Part shown: positions 26,039-37,483 of the stretch, one piece after another
How positions within the stretch are numbered: the stretch's first letter is position 1
How the letters are laid out: the number at the start of each line of letters is the position of its first letter
NCBI GenBank assembly: GCA_964188305.1
Contig: OZ076893.1
DNA from: Podarcis bocagei
Taxonomy: Eukaryota
Direction: 5' to 3' (one strand)
Length of the DNA: 64,000 nt
Program-made: the position numbers and the translations under genes
The notes under the pieces: model-generated
Told to the model about the DNA's origin: nothing
Database searches by the model: none
Seen by the model: the letters and a program-made list of their open reading frames with translations, nothing else

Positions 26039-27284
26039 CTATAAAGGAAAAACAGAAAAGAACTGTTGTCAGAATTATTTCTTGGTAAATTACATTTCTT
26101 TCAGCTTTCATTTGCTACAACTTGTACTTTACATTTCGCCCACCAAAAGGAAGTGAGATGCAATATTTTGGCATTCTGGGTGCTTTTTCCTTTGATTACT
26201 GTTATTGAGCAATGGCTAAGTGTATCTATGTTTGAGAAAGAGAAAGACTGAGAGTATTTCTTTTTACTAGCAGAGAGCCTGTCAGGATTATGTCCTGAAT
26301 TTAGGAATGGCCTCTACTGCCCCTTGGCAGTTCTAGCGAACACTTTGCAGGTGCAGTGAAGAAGGGCCTCTGAAGAGGCATGAACATGATAGGTAGGTTC
26401 ATATGGCAGGATATCTACAGTTTCTAAGATATCCTGGTCCAAAGCCATTTAGGGCTTTAATGGTCAAAACCAGCACCTGCAGTATGAGACTTGGAAGAAG
26501 GTAATTTTGGGTGGGTAGTTGACTCCTTGGCCTGCAATCCTCTGCCATCAGGAAAGAGTATTTCATCCCATAGACATATGCTTTCTAGGCTGGACACATT
26601 GGTAGTGACACCCTCTCAACTATTTCTAAGCACATGCTGCTCCTGCAATGTTACAGTAATGTTATACCAATGTCACAGGCAGATGCTCTGCCACTAATAT
26701 TTAGCATCAGAGTGCTAATCCTATTGTTTTACAACAAGAGCTGTAAACCTAAACATTATCACAAGGAAATCTATTTCAGCGGACTGGAGCTGACACCTGA
26801 GTAAACATATTTAAGATTTAAAATAAAGTATGTGGTTAGTTGCCATTGTGCTGTATTCTTAAAGAACACAGTACAATGTTGGACCTTGGTTGAAGTAACA
26901 TACAAAGCACAGGGCAACCTTGAGACTGTCATTATATCTCAGCCTATATTACTACCCTGGACTGTTGATAAAATAAAATGGAGGTGGATTGGGGGTGATA
27001 CATATAACACTGTGAACCACTGAGCGAAAGGGTGGCATGAAAATATAATACAGAAATGAAGCACTTGCTTTTTCTTGGAATAGCTCCATCAACTTTAGTA
27101 CCAATTAGTCAACCAACACATGCCTCCTTTGTGCAATGTTTGCGATGTGTCTGTAATATGCAAATAGTCTGTAATGCAATATGGTGGCTTCAGGTGGATG
27201 GAACATAGTAACCTAAGCAACCATTTGTCTTATAAAATGTGCCCCCTCTCTCTGCATATGCTTCTCAAACCTAACTCAAAGCAG

Positions 27285-27527
27285 GAAGAAGAAGAAGAAG
27301 AGTTTGGATTTGATATCCCGCCTTTCACTCCCTTTAAGGAGTCTCAAAGCGGCTAACATTCTCCTTTCCCTTCCTCCCCCACAACAAACACTCTGTGAGG
27401 TGAGTGGGGCTGAGAGACTTCAAAGAAGTGTGACTGGCCCAAGGTCACCCAGCAGCTGCATGTGGAGGAGCGGAGACGCGAACCCGGTTCCCCAGATTAC
27501 GAGACTACCGCTCTTAACCACTACACC
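27285..27527 (-). mobile_element. MIR-like CORE-SINE, young
   Basis: Minus-strand head GGTGTAGTGGTTAAGAGC (A box) ... GGTTCGCGTC (B-box-like), CORE segment gtgaccttgggccagtcac, L2-type tail, (TTC)n end. Confidence 0.88.
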
Positions 27528-30500
27528 CTTTCAATGATCTCTTTATTTTCCTTTTTTCCTTTTTCTTTTTATAGCATTGTTATGCTATATGGCAAGTTGA
27601 ATGTTTAGAACTTCTCTCAAGTGGAATGATTATATTGTAGGTCTTTGTTTGTTTGCTTGTTTGTTTTTGGCAGGGGCAGCCAAAGTGAGGTAGCCAAAGT
27701 AATGCTCTCCAGATGCTGTTTAACTCCAATTCCCATCAGTCCCATCAAGCAACCGTCAGGGATGATGATAACTGTAGTCCAACAATGTTAAGAGGGCAAC
27801 AGGTTGTCTATCCCTGCTTTAAATAGTAAGTGCTAGTTGGCAGGCCAGACCAGGCCCAGAAAGTATCAAAAAGCAAAAGCCTAACCAAGGTGCTGTTGAT
27901 TTAATTATAGCACATTAGGATGTCTTAGGGGCAGGGACCAGTTCTGCTCCTCTAGCTGTGGAAGTCACACAGGAAGCAGGTGTGGCTGTTGATACTCCAG
28001 TGGCCCCAGCAACAAGTGAAGCATTTGCATCCCAACAATGGAATTGCCCAGGGTGACATTCACAATCTTTCAGTTCTTTCAGCTGTGATGCTCCTTTGCA
28101 ATACTCTTCAAAAGGTACACAAGAACCATAACACAAATAAAAGCATTTCTGATTACAGAATCCATTTAATGCCTTTTTATAGTACTTCCTTGTAGCAGAA
28201 GGTCTCTGCTTAAGAGGCTGGTGTGATAAACTACAACCCAACTGTATATGCTAACTAAGCAGTAGCAATTTATAAGTCTTCCTACTTAAAACATCAGTGC
28301 TTCATTCTGTAAGGCAGAGAGAGAGAGAATATATTAGGTTAATGATCCCAATAACCTTAAAATACCAGGTTGGGCAGGAAGAAATGCTGGGGGAAGATTT
28401 TGCTTCTACTGAATCACCAAAATATTAAACCGCCATCAGCCAATCAGTCAGCACAAATGTGTGAATGGTTATACATATACATATACCAGTTATGGAGATC
28501 AACATGAAAATGATATCAAAAGTTATATTACTGATATGATAACTGCAGCAATTGTTGGCGACTTGAAGCTGAGAAACAACTAACATCACAATCACCAAAT
28601 GATGAGTCATGTTGGATCCCTCCCCCCGCCCCGGCCACCCCACTTCTAAACACCTCAGGCAATTATTCAGCAACAGAGAGGCAAGTTGGCAGTTGTTAAG
28701 CCTATCATGGATTGCCAATAGTCTGGCCTTTCACTTGCAGTGTCTATCTTTTAAACAGAATGATGAAATCAACCTGGAGTTTCTAATTAAACCACAGCTT
28801 TAAATAAGACTTCACAATTCAACACAAAAGAGATGTCACTTTGTTTCTTTCCAACTAAATTCATGGGTAAACACTGAGATGTCTTTAAAAAGTGCAAGAA
28901 TGAGGGTGGCTCAATTCAGATATCATAACAAACTATGGACTGCATTAATAAAGGTTATTAAGCTATGGTTAAGCGTCCAAGCATACAGGAAAATTGTGAT
29001 TTTTGATTTACAGTTGCTTCTCTGCTTTTATGACTTCCGCCTTTTGTTTTCCATTTGCTCAGTGCTTCTGTTTCTATAAGGTACCTTGCCCAACAGCCAC
29101 AACTATAGTTGCAATTATAGTTTGTCAATTCAGGTACAATAACAAACCATAGTAAACACAATATACAAACCATGTTGTTGTTTTTATTATACTTATTTCC
29201 TGATGGGTCTCAAGATGCTTTTGCAAATCTATTTCAAATCATGTTTGGTTTGCTGGCTGATAGAAGCCATGGTTTGTCCAGACATCCTACCAAATTCAGT
29301 TTCCCTAACCTTGACATGGTTTAACGGCTGAACAGTGCCTGTTTCTGCATCCTTCCATTACCGTTCTAACCACACAGATCCAGCTTAGTTGTAGTAGCCA
29401 TCTGATATTGATAAACTGTCAGCTTCCTTCAGAAAGGCAACAGATTGTTATTTAACAGGGATAAAAATACCAGCTCAATTTTCATAAGAAATGTCAGTAA
29501 AACATTTGCAATATGTTAGGGCCTCTTTTCAAAGCACTTTGAAATGTCTTGCTCCCAGGAAACATTTATACTCGAGGATTGCCGTAACCTTTATTGTGAC
29601 AAAAAAAAAAAAGCTGCTATCCTTTCCTCTAAACCTGAAGAAGAGCGTGAAAATTGCCATGTGGAGAGCCACTATAATCCAAAGGCACAGCCATAAGCAG
29701 CAAACAGTCAAGAGCTTACCCACAGCCACCAGTGTGGAGCTATCAGAAACAAAGGGCTGCTGAAGGAAATGGCAGTCTCGTGTCGTTGCTTCCCCTCCAT
29801 GGCATGTGTTTTCCAGTTACATCATATCTGACATAATTTTGCTAAGCATTAGCACCGCTTCACTTTATTGGCGGCGGCTGGCAGGGAACATGCAGTGTAA
29901 AGAAATCAGGCTCTGATGTAAATTGAACTATATATTGCAAAGGACATGGGGACAAATATTGCAACGTTTTGGCTGGCAGCCCTGTGTTTATTATCATGGC
30001 TGCATAAACACTATATATTTAAACCACATATTGAAACCCCCAAAGAGTCCTGGAAACTCTAGTCAGTGTTAGAAACTCATATACAATCTAATCACTAAAT
30101 GACGCCTTAAACTTGGGTTACGGTCGCCACCATGAAATGTCTGAGTGCTGTTTTTGTTTGTTGTTTTGCAGTGGACTTTATTGTTGTTGTTGCTGCTGCT
30201 GTTATTATTTTCATTTCTACAGTGCTTTATGTTTCAAAGAACGAATCTCAAAGTAGTTTACAACACATGAAAACATCAAATAAAACAATCTGGAATAAAA
30301 CAAATTCAAGTTTCAATGAAAATATTTCAGGTCCTTCTCTAAGTGACACTTTGTTTTCCCCAGTCGTCAACCTTGCATCTAGAGATCGCCACCTGGTTGC
30401 AATTGGACCTGTGTCATTTGCAAAATGCATCTGGTGACTGGCTAATTTTGAGCACTAACTGTAGTTTAAGAGTGCTGGTTCCCAGGATCCGGGATGGTGG

Positions 30501-33500
30501 ATGGGGGGTCATGTGTTTTAGACGTGCTTTAAATATATGATGTGTACACATTACATATATACTATCACCGTGGCATAGTAAGAAACCTTGCAGACCTTTT
30601 CATGGTAACAGAGGTCATCAATAACTCCCCTTAGCACAATGCTAAATATCTAAAAGAAGAGTTATACAAAACCACCAGAACCTTGAGCCAGATACAGTCT
30701 TGGGAAGGGGGCATCTATGCAGTTCTGGTGTCAGATCCACAGGGAGTGACTTTTTGGGGGGATACCTGAAGAAAATAAACAAGTGACTAACCCTGGCCTA
30801 CAAAACACTGGCATCGTTTGCAGGAAGCCCTCATTATTTACCCATTTTCAAGTGGGTTGAGCAGGATGTTTCATTGTTCTAATTATTTTTGTTCAGTTAA
30901 GTGGCAACACATTTTTCCAACTGGATAGTTTACTTGCTTTCGTCTTAATGGCTGTTATTTTATCTGCACAAATTCTTTACTTTTATTTCTTTGCCTTTCC
31001 AGTCTGTTTAACACTGCGGTGTAGTAAACTTCTAAAAAAAAAAAAAAGGGAAAGCAATATCGAGTTTATAATATCCTTCCATTCTTGCAGAACAGTCAAT
31101 TATTTATTAAATATACTTTATCCCCTGTTTCATATAGAAGTATGTACTAAAGCTATAAACACACAAATACACATTACTGAGCTATATGTATGTGTCGGAA
31201 TAGGCATCGTTTCAGGATCATTTACTGTACAAAGTCGTTAAATATCATCACAGCTTTCATATTACTGAAAGGCCTTTTAACTGCCAAGGCATACATTCAA
31301 GGCTTGTGTTTGTCAGCTTCAGCAACTAATATTACTACCACGGAAACCAATAAAGAGACTGCACCTTCCTCCTACGATTTAGGTGTCATTTGTGTCATCT
31401 CTGCTTCAAGGAGTAAAGTACTAAGTGAAGGAGAAAGTGACTCAAAGATTTTGTTTTAAAATGCACTTGTCTCAACCTTGAATGTCTTCGGAATGCACAA
31501 TTGATGAACGGGCAAAAAGAGCTGGAGGAAAAATTATTTGCAGTTGCAATTAGCGTATATGTTAAACATCTAATTATAACTGAAGATCAAACAGTTCAGA
31601 AGGGTTTTCTTTAAAAAAAACCCCACAAGTTCTATTAAAAACTCTATTTTTAACTCTAATTTGAAATATTTTCATTTTTTATCACTGCAGCCCATGTACT
31701 GTGAAAGAACTCAGCATTTTAATTCAATAATCTCTATACAAAAACACAGAGAAGCATATTCTCTGGTTCTTGGTTTTATATTGGAATAGGATACTGTAAT
31801 CATGTATATTTTACAGAAAGGGTTTTTTAAAAAAATATTAGTAATGAATGACTACTAAAAATCCACTCCAATATGTTTTAACACACATATTTAGTTCACT
31901 AGCCTATAAAACTGTTGAGGTTGTTTTTTAATTAACAGTTCTTGCTACCTGCATGTAACCTTAAGTGTCCCATTGGGAAAGATATTGTATTCTAAAGTAT
32001 AGTGGCAAATAAAGTTTCACTAATTTTTTTTGGCGCCTGATCTCAAGTACATTTGCTTGGAAATAAGCCTCACTGACTCTATGAAACCTATTTCCAAGTA
32101 AACTGATTTTTAAGGTTCCAACCGTAATATATGGAACACAATGCCCATATACCGTGACTGCAAACACAGTTACATGAAAGTTACAAAGACTTACTTCCAA
32201 TAAACTGCCTTTAGCACTGAGCTGTGCTTCACAGTGTGCATATATGAGCAGTCATTATAAACAGTTAACTATAGCATGCGGCCACAGATTTAGACAGGAT
32301 GCATAAGATTTTCCTCACCTCTAAAAATACTAATTATTATATTTGACTACAAATATGATCAGCACCATGATAGCAATAATTGCAATTCTAATCCAGTTAG
32401 CTGAGATGTCATGAATGAGTGAGCTTAACAGTGTTTATTAACATGGGCAGTATTTATATAGCAATTAAACTTTTGGGAAGTGGCATGTTCTTTTCCTTCC
32501 CTTACCTGACCTTTAGGCACAAATCCATCCTTTCCATTTACATCCCAAAGCCCACTTCACCCCAGCTCTCGATCTGCCATTTTGGGGGAAGACTGATCTT
32601 CTGCACGAGGCTTTGCCCAATCAGTATTTTTCTCCTCTATTCCTGACCTCCACGCGACACGACCACCAATGTATTCCTGTTATAACTTAAGGACCCATAG
32701 AAAGGCAGCTTGCTCTAAGAACTTTCCATATCTTATCCATGTCATCCACAGGGCAAGAGTTCTCCATTGCAAGGTCATGTGCAGCCTTTTAATGCCCTCA
32801 ATGCTTCTTTCACATCTATTTCCCATTTTCTTAATGGCTTTGGCTTCTCAGCATTATCGCACCGCCCAGTTGTTAACCCTGATTCTTACTTTCCTTGGAA
32901 ACAACCCTGATATGGAGCGCAGACAATGGCAACTGGAAAATTATACCCCATCTAGGTCAACAGTGCAAGATCTATCCCTTCATCTTCACACTACTCCTCA
33001 GTCTTTCAATCAAGTAACGCTCTGTGTGTTGTGATAATTCCACCATTGACTGCTACCCCCAGAGTCTGAACTACGACCCCTTGAATACTTGTGGAAGCAG
33101 CAGGTCTGCCCCATGATAGCTGATCTGCTATAGCTACAGCATTTACAATTTGTCATTCTGTTTCACAAACCCACAGGGAAAACCAAATTGCTTTTGGTAC
33201 AACATCTAAGTCCACCTCCTGTGGGCTTTCAAGCATAACTGCACACCCCTCTCCAACCTTAAAAGAGAAATGTTCAATTTTTCAGGCATGTTCAATGCAC
33301 CTTTGCTTCATGGACCCTAAGAAGGTGTGGAGGGAGTGGAATCTAGGTAGTTACAGCATACACCACAATTATAACTAGATTGTGATCCATATTACAACTG
33401 CTGACCCAGATGTTCTCAAAGACAGAAGCTGTCTTATTGGGAGAAGTATAGGAGGGTTCCCTTAAGAAGATAGTTCTCTGAAGCTAAAGGTGGCTTGGTT

Positions 33501-36287
33501 ATATGCATTCAGTTCCCTGTATTAACTATTAAACTTGGCTAAATAGTCACAAAGGAGTGAAAACATATATGGCATGCTTCCTGGTATCTACACCCAAGGA
33601 GCATGCACCGGTCCAAATATACGGTCCTGCTACATTGAACTAAGTCCCAGTTCTTCAAACTCACAAGAAAGGACTTGACAAGTTTGCAAAACAAAGAAAA
33701 GGCATACTTCTGGGTATGGCATGGTTTTCTGTAAGGACTATATACAAACAAACAAAAAGTGATCATGATTCTTTACACAATGCTCAAGAAACAGGACTAA
33801 AGTGTATGAAGTTTTTACAACTTTTTAAGATGTGTGTTTGAATTTTACAACATGAAGTTGAGTAACCCAACCCATTTTCCTAAGGTTTTCTCAAATGAGC
33901 CTATGATATTAAAATGAGCACATTATTCCAGTCAAATTCCCCTAATTCTCTTTCTTTCTTAAGATAAGTGGAGAGGGAAATCATTTCAAGGGTGAAAAAG
34001 AAAAAGCCATTCCATCATTTGGAGCACTTTATCCAATGATAGCCTCCTAAAGTGCTGCTTCCCCTGCCTGCCTCACACACACACACACACATGAAGTTTG
34101 AGCTCTTCTATCATGCTTACATTTGTCTTCCATTGAGGACAAAATTTCAAGAATTCCCCCAAATGTCCATTTGGGGAAAGAGAGGACAGACTGTTTTTCT
34201 ATGCTATTTCTATAGCTAAAGCAGAGGTTCAGGAATCAAATCCAGGACTCAACTCTGCCTTTGTTTTCATTTCCTTGTCAAGATTAAGACATCTCCATAT
34301 ACAGAAGGGATTACTTTGTAGCAGCTCCCTCCCTGCAAAGCCACTATGTTCCCAGAGGAGGCACTCCTGTATTGCTGCTTATAGCTCCACATTCACACCA
34401 CCTATCTTTATGCACCCCTTCTCAGCAAGGCTCATCTGATGCCTTACTGTCAGGAGAAAGCAGAAGATAAGTCTGACAAGAAAGCACACATGAACAAATG
34501 GTACCTCATCAGCTAAAGAAGACAGTTGAGAAGAAAATGTTACTGCAATATCTGGTTGTGAGATAGACAATGGACTCTTACTTCATCGTACACTGTGCTA
34601 AGAGTTTCTCAACTCCAAATCACTCAAAAGTTGAAAATAAGCAACTTCCATTAACTACTTACATTTTTGAATACTTTGGGATAAAAAAAAATATTCTTCA
34701 CTCAAAGGATGTTGACTCAGGATGAAATAAACATGGTTTTCTATAGGAATAGCAAATATGCCCAGCCCAGCGGCTGACTTTTCTAAAGGTTAAACACATG
34801 CATGCACCAAAGACCTAGGGTGCAGGTTTAAGGCATTGAAAACAAGACGTCAAAATGAGGACCATACTTCTTAGGCAAAAATGGCCATACTCTAGGATGT
34901 ATTGCAGTTCTACAGATGCTCTGCAGTTACCCTCTTACACACAAGGAAAGCAGAGCACTGTGGTTCTATCAGCACAGGGAGACTTAAAGAGTGTCATTGT
35001 TAACACCATCTCCCTGACCTATAAGCGGTACTTAATTAGTTATAATCTTTCACTTTTTAAAGGTACAATGTCCTCCAATTAACCCTGAAGACCTTAAAAT
35101 TTTTTGCAGAAAGATGATCACTATTAAACACTGGATGGTGCTGTGTCCCTCGCCCCCTTATCTTAACCAGCTTAAGCCTTCCATGTGTACTTCTAGCAAA
35201 ACCTGAAAACTTTTGGTATTCGCATAGGAATATCCTTACTGGTTCAGATCATCATTCATCCATCTCTAAGTCCTGCTTCCGTGTCTAATCTCAAGTATTT
35301 TCTGTTCATAGGAAACCTTGATCAGCTTATTTTAATTCCAAACAAAACATTGATCAATTAAGCTCCATTTCTGTCAGCTTATTTTATTTACTTATTTGAA
35401 ATGTTGCTACTCTTTATGAACAGCACAGGCCATACACATTGTACTCCCTCAGGTACTCACACCTTGTGGTGCTTTAAAAGTTAGACTTGGGAGGTTTTGA
35501 ACTGAAGACAAAGCTCATCTTCAGTCACAGATTTCAAAGCACAGCAGGGAAATACTTTTAAAGAAACCCATAGGGTTTTTTTGCTAAGCACCCTGAGTAC
35601 TGCCATGCCAGTTATTATCAATCGTTGCTGGTATTTATGTATCTGCAGCTTTACAATTTATATTCTGACTGCCAGAAAACAACCAGACCCCTCAATACCA
35701 TTTCCTACCACTGACCCGTCAGGATATCTGGCTACCTGACATATTAGCACTCACACAAAATCCCAGAACCCAAATGTCAAGAGAAAAGCTAGGTTGTTGT
35801 CTTTTGCAAAAGATGAACATATCTGACTTTCACTAAAAGGCATAAATGGAAAGGACACCTAAATTCATCTACCATCAAAATTAGCACAATATAGTCAGAG
35901 GGGTGCCTACAGTAGCCTATATATCATTACCAAGAGGGGTTTTGGTTGTAATTGGTGGTGGTGGGCAGCTTGTGTCATCCTAGCAAGGTATAATTATATC
36001 CAACAAAGCCTTAATATTTTTATTTTCCAAAAGAAAGGAGGGAGGGGGAGAAAGGACAATATGTCCTGTTAGATGAAACAATGAAGTCAAGAGTGTCATT
36101 TCAAGTCTGCTTTGACTCCAAGCACTTTCTATCAAACAGGGCTATTCTTCCCAACAACTGAAAAGGATTAAAGTATCAACGATTCCATTTGCGGAATAAA
36201 AAAAGCTTCACCGAGCACAGTCTCTCCCCCCCCCTTTCCTTAAACCCATCCCTAACAAAAGTCATCCTGAAGGCAACAGGGACTCAC

Positions 36288-36365
36288 CTGACATCACAAA
36301 AGGAAGACCTGAGCATTAGACAAAATGTCCATTTTACTTTATCGATCAGCAGGACGTTTGATCAG
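36288..36365 (-). other. CDH7: Putative second/alternative non-coding 5'UTR exon of CDH7
   Basis: Consensus donor CAG|GTGAGT (GT 36287-36286). Acceptor ttggctttttgccctgtttgcctAG (36367-36366), with an alternative AG at 36394-36393 after a long pyrimidine run. Confidence 0.5.
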
Positions 36366-37189
36366 CTAGGCAAACAGGGCAAAAAGCCAAATCTAATTTA
36401 CAAAAAAAGGAAAAAAAGAATCGGGGGTACACGCACGCACATGCACACGATGGAGGTCAGCAGGAGCCAGTCACACACCGCAGAGGGAACCTCACTAAGT
36501 GCATGCTAATTAAAAACACGCTCTCACTTCCACCTTTGCAAAAACTGCGAAACAACCCGGCTTCCAAAGGATGGAAACGGCAGAGGCGCGCGGAGATCTG
36601 CCTGCATCACTAGCCTTCCAGTCCACAGCAGCAGGCAGTAGGACAAGCGCAAGGTGGTAGCAGTTTAGCTCTCCAGCAAATTGCATGGGGCGGCGGGGAG
36701 GGGGGATGGGAAGCTTTGCCCCCTCCCTTGCTTCCTTTTGCAAGAGTAGCTGGCTTCGTCCCAGCTGCCTACGTGATCTACCTCCTGAGCCATTCTCGAG
36801 CCGCTTTCTTTCTAAGGGTCCTTATGGAGAGTTTGTTCCCCGCGATCATATATTGCTATCTATGGCATCGACTGGTGGGAGGGCGAGGGGAAGAGACAGC
36901 AGAAGTCCGCTCCGGGTGCCTTTTGCAAGCTCGGCGAAATCGAGCATTTCTCCCGGGGAAGCCTCTTTGCCCAGGCAGCGTTTTTGCCGCCAGCGAGCGA
37001 CGCGATCGGCGAGGCAAACTTCGGAACACGATCCCCTCGCCCGCCCGTCTAGCCGCAGAGCGGCAGCTGACTTTGCCCCGGGACTCGGGAGAAAGGCTTG
37101 CGAAGGAGGAAAATGCGAAGAGGGAGGGGAAGGTGGGGGGAAATTAACCCGCCGCTTTCCCTGCAATTGCTCTGATGATGCAGCCTTAC

Positions 37190-37340
37190 CTGCTTATTCC
37201 GCGCTGCTTCCTTCCCCGCGCGTCTCTCTCGCCTCGCAGCCGCCGAGCCAGAAGCCTTTAATCCAAGCGGGCCGGCGCTGGAGCGGCGAAGTCCTGGCCG
37301 CCTCTTCTCGACCATGTGCCCGGGCTCCGCTCGAGAACTT
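37190..37340 (-). other. CDH7: Putative non-coding exon 1 of CDH7 (TSS approximate)
   Basis: Donor CAG|GTAAGG (GT at 37189-37188) just downstream of the CCAAT/GC boxes in the minus-strand direction. The 5' boundary is inferred. Confidence 0.55.
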
Positions 37341-37395
37341 GCTTCGCCTAGGCGAGCGGCTTAGCTTCGGGCGGACGCCGACACAGGGGGTTCCC

Positions 37396-37483
37396 TCCCC
37401 GCCAATCGGAGCCTGCCGAGAGGCCGCGAGAGCCAATGAGCGGCGAGGGGGGTGCTCCTGCGGCGCCGGGCCCCGCCCCGCCC
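37396..37483. promoter_or_regulatory. Proximal promoter: two CCAAT (NF-Y) boxes and Sp/KLF GC boxes
   Basis: gCCAATcgg at 37402-37406 and agCCAATgag at 37433-37437, 31 bp apart. GC boxes ccccgccccgccc at 37471-37483 and tccccgcc at 37396-37403. Confidence 0.7.

Noticed and set aside
27480-27527. tRNA-like A/B boxes
   Set aside because: SINE head, not a tRNA gene. The same applies to 18031-18110.
32358-32377. REST/RE1-like tcagcaccatgatagc
   Set aside because: The right half-site is degenerate and the spacing is one base short.
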